A DNA stretch of 64,000 nucleotides from the human T2T-CHM13v2.0 reference genome, Homo sapiens, in NCBI RefSeq assembly GCF_009914755.1, contig NC_060925.1. The stretch is one strand, 5' to 3'. Both the position numbers and the translations under genes were made by a program. Position 1 is the stretch's first letter; every line of letters starts with the position of its first letter. Shown one piece after another: positions 28,572 through 42,495 of the stretch. Below the pieces are notes generated by a model that saw only the letters and a list, made by a program, of their open reading frames with translations, ran no database searches and was not told the origin of the DNA.

Positions 28572-29036
28572 TATTCTGTGTTCATCTCCTCTTGGGTGTT
28601 AAATATACATTTAGTACAGCCATGTTGTACAGTTCAAGGAGATGCTGTTCACATTGTGTTCTATATGAATGGCACTTCCTTCAGGAATGAATGGTGCCTT
28701 CTGGAAGTTGGCTGCTAGTTGTATAAATAAGCTAATGGCTTCAGTAATTGCTGTTAGAGGAATATGCATTATGGCAGTAGCCTTCTTCACTTCCGGCGTA
28801 CAAATGATTGCCTTGACAGTCACTCTCTATTTAAAACTGGTCAGATGTATATAACAGCAAGACCAGAAAAAGTTTGTATTTTACAGTAGCTGAGGATTTC
28901 AAAGTTCCCAACAGGAATGATGGGAGCTGTGTATGAAATTAAAATTTGCTTGAGGTTTCAGAACTAAGAGCATGGGAAATGGTTCAGTATAATTTTTTCA
29001 TCATTGCTGTTTATGGAAGTATTATGGAAAGCTGAT

Positions 29037-29618
29037 TGCATTAGGCAGGGTTCCCTAGAAAGACAGAACTAATATATATATACACACACACACACACATA
29101 CACACACACACACGTTATATATAATATATATGTATATACTTTTTGTTTGTATTTTTGTATAAACTCCCATGTGTAAATATATATATATACACACACATAC
29201 ATATATATATACACACACACACACATATATATATATTTATGTATATGAGTTTATTAACTTACATGATCACAAGTTCCCACAACAGGCTGTCTGCAAGCTT
29301 GAGGAGCAAGGAGAGTCAGTCCAAGTCTAAAAACAGAAGAACTTGGAGTCCGATGTTTGAGGGCAGGAAGCATCTAGCATGGGAGAAAGATGTAGGCTGG
29401 GCGGCTAGGCCAGTCTCACCGTTTTATGTTTTTCTGCCTGCTTTATATTCGCTGGCAGCTGCTTAGATTGTGCCCACCAGATTAAGGGTGGGTCTGCCTT
29501 CCCCAGCCCACTGACTCCAATGTTAATCTCCTTTGGCAACACCCTCACAGACACACCCAGGATCAATACTTTGCATCCTTCAATCCAGTCATGTTCACAC
29601 TCATTATTAACCATAACA
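29037..29618 (-). mobile_element. MLT2A1 (ERVL) solo LTR with internal (TA)/(CA) microsatellite (29074-29245)
   Basis: GGCAACACCCTCACAGACACACCCAGGATCAATACTTTGCATCCTTCAATCC; TG...CA termini. Confidence 0.9.
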
Positions 29619-30085
29619 TTTATCTTTCTAAAATAGAACAGGAAAATATCCATGATTATAAAAAGAGATGCCTCATTAAATGCTATTAGAATAAAGAATA
29701 CATGGTACATCTATTGAGTCTCTTGCTAACATGACAAACATACATTGCTAACTGTGCGTAGGTTCTTTACATTTTAATTAATTATCAGTGATGTAAAAAT
29801 CACTGGCCTTTAACAACAGTTTGATTTCAAACCCATTAAAGAGGCTAAGGCAAAAATGTGGCTTTAGTCTCTCAGCCCCATTGTGTATTCTTTACTGTGG
29901 TGAATATCAAAACAGCAGTTAATTATAGTAGTACCATTTCTGTTCTTCATTTCATTATCTCTGTCTTGCACTATTATTTTTTGTTGCTGCTGGCTATACA
30001 GCATCAGGCCTGGCACCAGCGAAGTATGAACACAATGCCAGCACTGCATTCAGCACAAGAATAGAAAGGCAGATGGCAGATTTTA

Positions 30086-30095
30086 CTATTTATAG
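30086..30095. promoter_or_regulatory. Consensus MEF2 site next to a CAGATG E-box (30070) and a CCAAT box (30102)
   Basis: CTATTTATAG matches YTAWWWWTAR; motif match only. Confidence 0.3.
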
Positions 30096-30376
30096 TTGTA
30101 GCCAATCTGCCTGAGGTGAGCCCTGCCGAAATGGTTCTTATCAAGAATGTTTTCATTTATTAAAGGGATAGGAAATGAAAGCCAAATAAAAAGCCTCAGT
30201 CCTCAGGACTCTGAGAGCAAAACTCTTGCTATAGATTGCAAAGCAATTCCAAGTATTGACTAGATATTTATGAACTAGAAAATTATATATTTAACTCTCT
30301 AGTCTCAAAGTAAAGACTTCAGGCCAGCAGTGACTTCACAGCAGAACTTGAGGAATTCATTGTTCAGTGAAGTTGT

Positions 30377-30390
30377 GCTGCCATAGCAAC
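30377..30390. promoter_or_regulatory. RFX X-box-like motif
   Basis: GCTGCCATAGCAAC versus the consensus GTTGCCATGGCAAC; motif match only. Confidence 0.35.
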
Positions 30391-30711
30391 TGATGCAGAG
30401 TGAATTTTAATTATTAAGATCAAAATAGGCTTATGATAAAAACTATTTAACAACATCAAATATATAAACTGAATTGTTTTTACTTTCTCACTAATCATTT
30501 CTTGACTGCTATAGAAACAGCACAACATAACTCTACTTCACATTTGATTCTTTATATTGTTTTAAAAAATTCATTGTTTGAAACTCCAGTAAATATTTTA
30601 GAATATCAATTAGTATGTTGAGATAAACATTGTGTTCAAAATTAAAATGGCGTGTGAATAATCTAGCTTTCTTATCCTCTAGACATCTGATTTAAAAAGT
30701 GTTTTAGTCTC

Positions 30712-31113
<402 letters not shown>

Positions 31114-31789
31114 TTATATTCCACAGAAAATAAAAACCTTAATTATAGGCTAAAGAAATTAATTTGATTCAATCATAGTAATTAAAGAAAAATATTTTGA
31201 TTGGATGTATTGGAATGTAGCAGATTATTTAGTAATATTCTAAATTATTGCAAAGCATCTGTTCATTTTAAATCATGGTAAAATCTGTCATGTGAGTTTA
31301 TTGATTTTATTTAAATGAAATGATTAGTTGATTGGAAATTTTCATTTTTTCAGTGGCTTATACTTTGATAGAAGAAGCTTATAGAAAACTAGTTTTGGAA
31401 AGGTACAGCTACAATCTAAATTTAGAATCAGATTTTTTGCTTCATGAATTTTATGTTCCTTTTCAAAATATAGCAAAAAAGCAAAAAGGACTTCTGGTTA
31501 GATACAAAGATATGCAGATAGCTTAGGTCTTTCCCAATGACCCTCCAAAAGTAAAGAAGTTTTTAAATAAATAAAATTGCAAGGGCAAAGAAAATTAGCG
31601 TGGAGATAAGTAATAAAATTTGGAAGCTGGAAGGCAGGTGGATGAGTGCTAACTAATTTAGACCTGAGGAATCTCAATTATAAGTTTGTAGTGGGGAAAA
31701 CTGACAAAAATCTGATGTATATATCAGCATCTTATACAACTCAGAAATTGGAAACACTAGGGCCTTTTGGAAGTAGGAGTTAAAGTGGT

Positions 31790-32081
31790 GGCTGGGTGCG
31801 GTGGCTCACACATGTAATCCCAGTACTTTGGGAGGTTGAGGCGGGCGGATCAGGAGGTCAGAAGTTCGAGACCAGCCTGACCAACATAGTGAAACCCCAT
31901 CTCTACTAAAAATACAAAAATTAGCCAGATGTGGTGGTGCGCACCTGTAATCTCAGCTACTCAGAAGGCTGAAGCAGGAGAATCCCTTGAACCCAGGAGG
32001 CGGAGGTTGCAGTTAGCTGAGATGGTGCCACTGCACTACAGCTTGGACAACAGAGCGAGACTCTGTCTCAAAAAAAAAAAA
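31790..32081 (+). mobile_element. AluSg-like
   Basis: Full dimer with A-tail. Confidence 0.92.
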
Positions 32082-32244
32082 GTAGTAGTTGGTTTTCAAG
32101 ATCCCATCCTCCTCATACAGCTAGGCCGTCATACAGTAAAGCCTCTCCTACTTGGCAGAAGACTAAAGGCATATATTCTGTAGAGGGTAAAATATAGTTG
32201 CCAGGACTGTGGATATTGCAGAACAGCAGAAGGCAGAGGGCAGG

Positions 32245-32983
32245 TGTATAAGGCCATTCTTGCATTGCTATAAAGAAATACTTGAGTCCAGACACAGTGA
32301 CTCAAACCTGTAATCCTAACACTTTGGGAAGCCTAGGCAGGTGATCATGTGAGCTCAGGTGTTCGAGACTAGCCTAGGCTATATGGCGAAACCCCATCTC
32401 TACAAAAACTTAGCTGGGCATGGTGGCATGTGCCTGTAGTCCCAGATACTCAGGAAAGCTTAGCTGGGAAATTCACTTGAGCCCGGGAGGTTGAGACCTT
32501 GTCTAGAAAAGAAAAGAAAAAAGAAGAGGGGGAAGGAGGTGAGGGGAGGGAGACGAGGGAAGGGAAAAAAAAGAAAAAAGAAAAGAGAAGAAAAATACCT
32601 GAGGCTGTGTAATTTATAAAGAAAAGAGCTTTAATTGGCTTACAGTTCTGCAGGCTGAACAGGAAGCATGATGCTGGCATCTGCTTAGCTTCTGGGGAAG
32701 CCTCAGGAAACCTACAATCATGGCTGAGGTGAAAGGGGAGCAAGCATGTCACATGGCCAGAGCAGGAACAAGAGAGAGAGGTGGGAAATGCCATACATTT
32801 TTAAAGGATCAGATCTTATGAGAACTCACTATTGTGAGGATAGCATGAAGAGGATGGTGCTAAATCATTCATGAGAAATCTGCTCCCATGATTCCATCAC
32901 CTCCCACCTAAGCCTCACCTCCAACACTGAGGATTACTTTTCAACATGAGATTTGGGCCAGGATACACATCCAGACGATATTA
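32245..32983 (-). mobile_element. MSTB (MaLR) solo LTR interrupted by an Alu
   Basis: TTGCATTGCTATAAAGAAATAC...CAGTTCTGCAGGCTGAACAGGAAGCATG...CAACATGAGATTTGG; flanks GCAGG/GCTGG. Confidence 0.88.
32287..32592 (+). mobile_element. AluJ with partial right-arm deletion and purine-rich tail
   Basis: TSD AAATAC(T/C)TGAG. Confidence 0.88.
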
Positions 32984-33484
32984 GCTGGTGAATAGTAGAT
33001 TGAATCAGAGATAGTACATGGAATTTTTGCCTGTTGAGTGTTGAGACTTCAGTCTTCTGTTAGCCCTCAGCATATTGGTAATCAAGTATATATAATCAAG
33101 GCAAGAGACCAGAAGAGTTTTCTATGCCAAATTTAAGAAGTCCAAGAAAGAAAGACTTACAAATTCCCTGGGAGTTCCCCAGGGATATAGCTCAGTCACA
33201 TCATCCTTCAATGAACACAACTGTCAACAAGCCCTGTCCGTTCTACTGGCCTTCCACTTAGCTTCCACTTAGCCCTATTCTTAAATATGAGCATACAGCC
33301 AAATATCATTAGGCATTGGAAGACAGCATTTGACTTTTTTTTAGAGACCAAAACAAAAAAATAAAAACAACTTGAATAAGACTATGCAGGGAAGAGGGAA
33401 AAAAACAAACATAAAAAGAAGCTAAACTAAAATTAATATCTGGGGAGATGATAGAAAATGAAACAAAATGAAGATTTTTAAACA

Positions 33485-36400
33485 TTTCTTTTATTGATTC
33501 ATAATATGTTATGTATTTATGGGGTACATGTAAGTATTTTTACATGCATAAAATGTGTAATGATCAAGTCAGGATATTTAGGGTATCATCACCTTGACAA
33601 TTTATCATTTCTATGTTTTGGTAACATTTTAAGTCCCCTCTTCTAGTGGTTTTGAAATATATGATAATACTGTTGTTAACTATAGTCAGTGTAGTCTAAT
33701 ATCTAGTGTTAGAACTTATTTCTTCTATCTAGCTGTAGGTTTGTACCCATTCATTGACCTCTCTTCATTTCCACCTCCCACCATCACGCTCTTCCCTGCC
33801 CCTGGTACCTCATTCTATTCTCAATTTGTGTGAGATCAAGTTTTGTAGCTTTCACATATGAGTGAGAACATATGGTATTTATCTTTCTCTACCTGGGTTA
33901 TTTCACATACCATAATGACCTCCTGTTACAATCACATTGCTGCAATGACAAGATTGACTTCCTTTTATGGCTGAGTAGTCTTCCATTGTATATATGTACA
34001 ACATTTTCTTTATCCATTCATCTGTCAATGGACAGTTAGGTTGATTCCATATCTTAGCTACTATGAACAGTTCTGTGATAACATGCAAGTACAGGTATCC
34101 CTTTGATATACTGACTTCTTTTCCTTTGGACAGATAACCAGTAGTTGGATTGCTGAATCATATGGTAGTTCTATTGTTGTTGTTGTTGTTGGTTTTTTTT
34201 TTTTTAAGAAATCTCTATACCGTTTTCCATAGTGGTTGTACTGATTTATATTCCTACCAACAGCGTATAAGAGTTTCCTTTTCTCCAGATCTTTGGCAGC
34301 ATCTGTTATCTTTTGTTTTTTTAATAATAGCCATTCTACCTGGGGTAAGATGAGAACTCTTTCTGGTTTCGATTTGCATTTCCCTAATGATTAGTGATGT
34401 TGAACATTTTTTTATATACCTGTTCGTCATTTGTATGTCTTCTGTTGAGAATTGTCTATTTGTGTCATTTGCCCACTTTTTAATGGGATATTTGTTTTTT
34501 CATTCTTGAGTTCCTTGGATATTCTGAATATTAATCCCTTGTTGAATGAATAGTTTGCAGATATTTTCTCCTGTTCAACAAGTTGTCTCTTCACTATGTT
34601 GATTATTTCCTTTGCTGTGCAGAAGCTTATTAGTTTAATATAGTCCCCTTGTTTATTTTTGTTTTAGTTTTTTGTGCTTTTAAGGTCTTAGCTGTAAAAT
34701 CTTTGCCTGGACCAGTGTTCTGAAGTAATTTCACTATGTTGTCTTCTATTAGTTTCATAGTTTTGGGTCTTACTTTTAAGTCTTTAACCCATCTTGAATT
34801 GATTTTTGTATGTGATGAGAGATAATGGTCCAGTTTCATTCTTTGGCATATGGATATCCGATTTTCCCAGCACCATTTATTGAAGAGTGTGTCCTTTTCC
34901 CAGCATATGTTCTTGGTGCCTTTGTCAAAAATCAGTTAGTTGTAAATAGGTGGATTTATTTCTGTCTTTTCTATTTTGTTCCATTCGTCTTTTTGTCTGT
35001 TGTTGTGCTATTCCCATGCTGTTTTGGTTACTATGGTCTTGTAATATAATGTGATGTCAGGTAGTGTGCTACCTCCAGCTTTGTTCTTTTTGCTCAGGAT
35101 TGCTTTGGCCATCCTGGCTCTTTTTTGGTTCCATAAACATTTTAGAATTCTTTTTACTAACTCTGTGAAAAATTACATTGTAATTTTATAGGGATCGAAT
35201 TAAATTTTAGATTGCTTTGGGCAGTATGGTCATTTTAACAATACTAATTATTCTGATCCATGAGCATGGGTTGTCTTTCCATTTGTTTATACCCTTTTCA
35301 ATATTTTCCATCAGTGTTTTATAGCTTTTTTTGGTAGAGATTTTTCACCTTCTTGGTCAAATGTATTCCTAAGTATTTTATTTTACTTTTTAGCTATTGT
35401 AAATTGGATTTCCTTGATGCTTTTTTGGCTATTTCATTATTGGTGTCTAGAAATGCTTCCGATTTTTGTTTGTTGATTTTGTATTCTGCAACTTTACTGA
35501 ATCTGCTTATCAACTCTAAGAGATTTTTTGTTGGACTCTTTTAGTTTTTCTAAACATAAGATCATGTCATCTGCAGAGAGGGACAATTTGACTTCCTCAC
35601 TTCCAATTTGTATGTCTTTTATTTATCTCTTGACTGATTGCTGTGGCTGGAACTTCCAGTACTGTGTTGAATAGGAGTGGTGAAAGTGGGCATTCTTGTT
35701 TCATTTTGTAGAGGAAAGGCTTTCAACTTTTTTCGGTTCAGTATATGTTAGCTATGGGTTTGTCATTTATGGTCTTTATTATTTTGAGGTATATTCCTTC
35801 TATGCCTAGTTTGTTGACAGTTTTTATCATGAAGGGACATTGAATTTTGTCACACTTTTTTCTGCATCAGTTGAAATGATCGTATGGTTTTTGTCTATCA
35901 TTCTGTTGATGTGATGTATCACACTGATTGATTTGCATATATTAAATCATCTTTGGATCTCTGGTATAAACTCCACTTGATCATGATGTATTATTTGATT
36001 TTCGTTTCCCTGATGATTAGTGATGTTGAACATTTTTTCATATACCCATTGGTCATTTGTATGTCTTCTTTTGAGAATTGTCTATTCATGTCCTTTGCCC
36101 ATGTTTTAATGGGATTATTTGTTTTTCTATTGTCGACTGAGTTTCTTGCATATTCTGGGTATTAGTCCTTTGTTGGATGAATAGTTTGCAAATATTGTCT
36201 GTTGTGCTGTTGAATTACGGTTTGCTAGTATTTTGTTGAGGATTTTACATCTGTGTTCTTCAAAGATATTGACCTATAGTTTTTTGTTGTTGTTGTTGTT
36301 ATTATGTCCTTGTCTGGTTTTGGTATCATGGTAATGCTGGATTCATGATATGAGTTAGGGAAAATTTGCTCCTCTTCAATTTCTTGGAATAGTTTGAGGA

Positions 36401-39400
36401 GGATTGGTATTAGTTCTTTGTGTGTTCGGTAGAACTCAGCAGTGAATCTCTCCAGTCCCGGCTTTTCTTTGTTGGGAGACATTTTAATTATTGCTTCAAG
36501 TTCTCGTTACTGGTCTTTTCAGGTTTTCTGTTTCTTCCTGATTCAATCTTGGTAGGTTGTATGTTTCTAGGAATTTATCCATTTTCTCTTAAGTTTTCCA
36601 GTTTGTTAGTGTATCGTTATTTATAATAGTCTATTATGATCTTTTGTAGTTTTGTGGTATCAATTATAAAGTCTCCTTTTTCATTTTTTAAAAATTTGGG
36701 TCATTTCTTTTCCTGGTTAGTCTAGCTCTAGTGGTTTATCAATTTTTTCTTTTCAAAGAACCAATTTTTCATTTCATTGATGCTTTATATTGCTTTTTTA
36801 GTATCTATTTTGTTTAGCTCTGCTCTTATCTTTATTATTTCTTCCTTTCTACCAATTTGTGGTTTGGTTTGTTCTTGCTCTTCTAGTTCCTTGAGGCATA
36901 TTGTCAGATTGTTTATTTAGAATCTTTTTACTTTTTAAATGTAGGCATTTATTGTTTTATATATCTCACTTACTACTGCTTTTGCTATATCCCACACATC
37001 TTGGTATGTTGTTTTTCCATTTTCATTTCTTGCAAGAAATATTTGTATTTCCATCTGAATGTTTTTATTGACCCAGTGTTTGTTCAGGAGCATTTTGTTC
37101 AACATCCCTGAATCTATGGCTTTCAACATTCCTCTTGGTTAAAACTTCTAGTTGTATTTCATTGTGGTCTGAGAAAACATATGATTTTTATTTTGTTTTT
37201 TTTTTTTTTTTTGAGACAGAATCTCACTCTGTCTCCCGGAATGAAGTTCAGTGGCACGATCTTGGCTCACTTCAACCTTTGCCTCCCTGATTCAAGCGAT
37301 TCTTTGCCTCAGCCTCCCGAGTAGCTGGGATTACAGGCACCTGCCACCATGCCCCGTGAATTTTTGTGTTTTGAGTAGGGACTGGGTTTCACCATGTTGG
37401 CCGGGCAAGCTGGTCTTGAACTCCTGACCTCAGGTGATCCGCTGCCTCGGCCTCCCAAAGTGCTGGGATTACAGGCGTGAGCTACCATGCCTGGCCTATG
37501 ATTTCTGTTTTTACAAATTTATTGAGACTTGTTTTGTGCCCTAACCTATGGCCCATCATGGATAATGTTCCATGTGCTGATGAAAATAATGTCTATTCTG
37601 CAATTTTTGGATAACAATCTCTGTAAATGTCTGTTAGGTCCATTAGGTCTGAAGTCCAGTTTAAATCCAATGTTTCTTTACTGATTTTCTGTCTAGATTA
37701 TTTACCTAATGCTGAGAGTGGAGTGTTGAAGTCTCCCACTATCGTGTTGGAGCCTCTGTCTCCTTAGGTCTAATAATATTTTATTTATGAATGTGGGTGC
37801 TCTAGTGTTAGGTGCATATATTAATATATTTAGAACCATTATATCCTCTTATCCTCCTCCTGGAATAATTACTTTATCATTATATACTTGTCTTTTTTTT
37901 TTTTTTTTTTTTACCTTATTTTGACTCAATGTCTGTTTTATCTGATGTAAGCACAGCTACTCTTGCTTCCTTTTAGTTTCCATTTGAGTAGACTTTTTCC
38001 ATTCCCTTTACTTTCATTCTATATGTGTCTTTACAGGTAAAGTACATTTCTTGTAGACAGCAAATAGTTAAGTCATTTTTTTAATTCATTCAGTGAGTCT
38101 ATATCTATTAAGTGAAGAGTTTAATTCATTTATATTCTAGGTGGTTATTAATATATAACATTTTGTTGCTGTCATATAGTCAATTGTTTTTGGTTCTTTT
38201 CTATATTTTTTGCTCCTTTCTCTTTTCTTGTTTGTCATTGTGTTTTGGTGGTTTTCTGTAGTTGTACCTTTCTCCTCCTCATTTGTGCTTAAGTTTTAAA
38301 CATTTGCGTATTTTCATGATGGTAGATGGTTGTCAGTTTGCTTCCAGGTTTAGGACTCCCTTGAGCATTTCTTGTAGGTCTGGTCTGGTGGTGATGAATT
38401 CCCTCAGCTTTTCTTTGTCTGGGAAAGACTACTTTTTCTTCATTTTTTAAGGATAATTTTGTTTGCTATGGTATCCTTGACTGGCCTTTTTTTTTTCTTT
38501 CAGCGCTTGGAATACGTCATCCCATTTTCTCCTGGTCAGTAAGGTTTCTGCAAAGAAACTCATTGTTAGTCTGATGGTTTTTTTTTTTTTTAATTATAGG
38601 TGCCGAAACACTTTTCTCTTTTTGTTTTTAGAAGTATTTCTTTGTCTTTGACTTTAGACAATTTGACTATAATGTGCTATGAAGACCTTTTTATGTTGTA
38701 TCTGCTTGGGGATCTGAGAGTCTCCTGTATCTGGATTTCTAAATATCTTGCCATACTTGTCTGTTATTTCATTAAATTGGTTTTCTAACCCTTTCATTCT
38801 CCCTTCGCCATCTGGGACCCTGGTAATTCAGATTTTGGTCATTTTATGATGTCTCACATATCACAAATGTTTCACTCATTCTTTTTTATTCTTTTTTATT
38901 TTTGGTCTGTGTTATTTCTAAAGACCTTTCTTCTGCTTGTTCTACTCTTTTGTTGAAGCTGTAGTTCCAGAACTTTTGTCTGGTTCTTTTTTTTTTTAAT
39001 GATATCTATCTCTTTGGTATATTTCTCATTCATGTCCTGAATTATCTTTTGTTTTTTGTTTTCAGAATTCTCTTATATCTCCCTGAGCTTCTTTAGAATT
39101 GATAATTTTCATTTTCTGGGATTTCATGAATTTCTTTTTGATTGGGATGTTTCTGGGGAATTATTGTGTTTCTTTGGAGGTATTAATATTTCCTTGCTTT
39201 TCCATGTTTTCTGTGTTATTACATTAATATCTATACATCTCATATAACAGTCGCTTCTTTCAGTTTTTTGAATTTCTGGCTTTTATAGAGGAGGACTTTT
39301 CCTGAAAATGCATCTATGATGTTGGTTTTTTAGGACACTTTGGCTTTGATTCTGGGTGCAGGCTAGTAGTATAATCTTTGCATGATTTCTTTAATTGTAA

Positions 39401-40760
39401 ACAACACCAGTGGTGTCTGTGATTTCCTTAGTGGCTTAGGGTGTAGTTATTAGTGGAGGTTGTGCTGGAGTTTTTATGGGGATTTGGATACCAAATAGTT
39501 CAGTATTTGGGGCCTAGTGGTGGCAGTGGTAGGTTTGGTGTGCCTGTTCCTGGGCCTCAGAGTTGCATACACCAGCACTGATGTTGGCACGTCTAGGTGG
39601 GCCAATACTTGGGCCTCCAGGTGACTTACCCAGGTGTTGAAGCCTTGGTTCCAGCAAGTGGGCAGGTTCTTAGGCCTCTGGGCAGCTAGTGTGGCATGGG
39701 CAATGACAGTGACAATGGCGGGACAACCCTCTGGTTCCTGAGCAGTTTGCTTTCATATTGGGTTGCTGCAATGGGATGAACAGGCCAGTCTCCAAGCCCT
39801 CAGGCAGCATGTGCTTGTAGATGTTAGTTGTAGTGGTATTAGTTGGATGGAAAGGCCCACCCTCAGGCCCATGGGAGTAGTGTTCAGATGCCAACAATGG
39901 TGGACTGGGCTGGGTACTCCCCTGACCCCCAGACTCTGCTCTGGCATGGAGAAGGCAAAGCTTGGCCAGGTAGGCTTGTCCTTAGGTCCTCTGATAGTGA
40001 GTGCAGGTACCAGCCATGTTACGCAGGAGTGGGTCAATGCGCATGCTACCGTCAGGATGCTCAGCTGGTGGGAGGAAGCAGTTGTGCTGCTGCCTTGACA
40101 CTGGGAAGGGCGGGACTGCCTTCAGTGGCAGGCAGCCTAGGCCTCTCCAGTGGCAAGGCAGCAGCACAACTGCCTTGTCACTGGGTGTACTACTTGCACC
40201 TCAGTCCCAGTGGTGCTTGTGCCTCAGTCTCCTGTGCAGTAGCCCATGTTTGCTCATGTCTAAGCCACATAGGCAGCTGCCATGCTTCTCTTGAGCTTCA
40301 GCCCTGGCACTGTTGGGTTCCAGGACAGTACATAATCTGTTGTAGACAGCACTCAAAAATGGTACCTTGCTGTAGCTGTTTAGGTCTCAGGGAGTGTGTA
40401 GGACCCAGCATGAGCTCTTTCCCCTCCTTAGAGCAGTGCTGTTGCACAATCTCATGGTGTTACCCTCTGTTAGTTTCAGAGCCTGTAAGGACTGAGGGGT
40501 TCTCCCAAAGCTAGGATTTCAGGAGTCCATGGTGGGAATGTGATCTACTGAGGATCTTTCAATTACCTTTTCCCCACATTGGGGAGTAGCTCTCAGCTCC
40601 CTGCTGATCCCAGCCAAGCAGTCTGCCTCCCTTCCTTTCTCCTTGCTTTAGGTATTTCCTGTCACTTTCTGTTAAATCCCAGTGTTCTCTCTTGGATGAT
40701 CTATTTGAAGTATGGTTATTCACTCACTATTTTGGTTCTTCTTAGTGGAGGAAGCAAGTA
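33485..40760 (-). mobile_element. Near full-length L1MA3-type LINE (degenerate)
   Basis: 3'UTR TATGGGGTACATGTAAGTATT...GTAATGATCAAGTCAGG; minus-strand ORF2 remnants (FTAEFY, ELIPILLKLFQ; IWNQPNCP); GC-rich 5'UTR at 39400-40700; AAGATTTT on both flanks. Confidence 0.85.
37185..37496 (-). mobile_element. AluS inside L1MA3
   Basis: Dimer; TSD TATGATTT. Confidence 0.92.
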
Positions 40761-40783
40761 AGACAATCAAAACCAAGATTTTT

Positions 40784-40830
40784 ATACATACATACATACA
40801 TACATACATACATACATACATACATACATA
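40784..40830. repeat. (ATAC)n tetranucleotide microsatellite
   Basis: Direct observation. Confidence 0.97.
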
Positions 40831-41000
40831 CGTTTGTGTAGGGAACATGCAGGGTATTAAAATCAGCTTGTGGAATTTTTTTTTAACCAGAAAAAAATTT
40901 TAATTGAATCTAATAAAGGGTTAGAAAATGAAGTTGAGCATATCTCTAGAAAACAGTACAGAGAGATAGGAAATAGGATAGACAATAAAATTAGAGAACT

Positions 41001-41352
41001 CATAGCAGTAAAAAGAACAGACTTGCTACACATAACCCCATGGGTGAATCTGAATACACAGTTATTGAGTGAAAGAAACCATTCACAAGGGAGTATATAG
41101 TAGACGCTTTCATTTATGTGAAGTATAAGAATAGATAACACTACGTTCATGGTCATAATAGTGGCTACCTATTAAAGATGGCTATAATACAGGTTAGTTA
41201 TAACACAGGAAGATGGGTTGATTCATATACCTATCAGAGATGGTATAATACAGGAAGATAAATTGTAGTTCACCAAGTATATATACATGGAAAAATTATT
41301 TGTGCTATATACTTAAGTTTTGCTTATTGTGTATTATAAACACAATTGAAAT
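41001..41352 (+). mobile_element. L1ME/L1MD-type 3' fragment
   Basis: CATGGGTGAATCT...TTGAGTGAAAGAAACCA...ATAGTGGCTACC. Confidence 0.6.
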
Positions 41353-41574
41353 AATAGAGGAGGAAAAAATCAGAGAAGCAGTCTAAGATGCACAACACTT
41401 CAGCAATAAGAATTTCAGATTTAGATAAAAATAGGAAAAATATAGGGCAGAAAAAAAGAAATACATCAAGGATGTTTTCTGGTATTGAGGACAAGTATTC
41501 AAAATGAAAGGGCACACTAGTTATCCAGCATATTGGATAAAATTCAATAAAAATGACTGTGTGGCTTAGACACC

Positions 41575-41732
41575 AGCCAGGGGCAGCTGGTTGCATCTTT
41601 AGTTCAAGCTACTTGGGGGGCCAAGGTGGAAGAATTGCTTTAAGCTAGGAATTTGAGGCTGTAGTGTGCTTTAATCACACCTCTGATTAGCCACTGCACT
41701 ACAGTCCAGGAAATATGGTGAGATACTGTCTC
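41575..41732 (+). mobile_element. FAM (fossil Alu monomer)
   Basis: Single monomer with FAM-type GTGTGCTTTAATCACACCTCTGATTAGCCACTGCAC; followed by a G-run. Confidence 0.7.
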
Positions 41733-42143
41733 GGGGGTGGGGGGGGGGAAGATATACCAAAACATATTATTGAGTAATTGTGGAACCCTAGGAATAAATA
41801 AAAGATCTTACAAACTTCCAAATGAGAAAAATATAGGTTTTGCTGTTCAATAGAAATACTGGAAGAAAGGAGACAATGGAACATCATCTTCAATATCTGA
41901 GAAAAAATTATTTCCAACCTAGAATTTTATACCTAGCAAAATTACCAATTATGAACATCTCCATTCAGCTTTTCTCAAGAAGCTACTGTAGTATGTTTGC
42001 TGCCAAAAATAAGAAAACAAGTAGAAAGGAAGACATAAGATATAGAAATTAGAAAATCTAGTATGAGTAAGAGAGGTGAAAGGAACCCTTGGGAAGAGGG
42101 AAAGGAAAATTCCAACTCGACAGCTGATTAGAGGGCCTATTGA

Positions 42144-42495
<352 letters not shown>

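Noticed and set aside
28611-28854. Overlapping antisense small ORFs as micropeptides
   Set aside because: 60-70 codon frames are expected by chance; no splice or homology support.
39670-40514. 223-aa and overlapping ORFs
   Set aside because: They lie in the GC-rich 5'UTR of L1MA3, where stops are rare; no recognisable protein.
41575-41732. 7SL RNA gene or pseudogene (also 59863-60035)
   Set aside because: No 7SL S-domain; the sequence fits a fossil Alu monomer.
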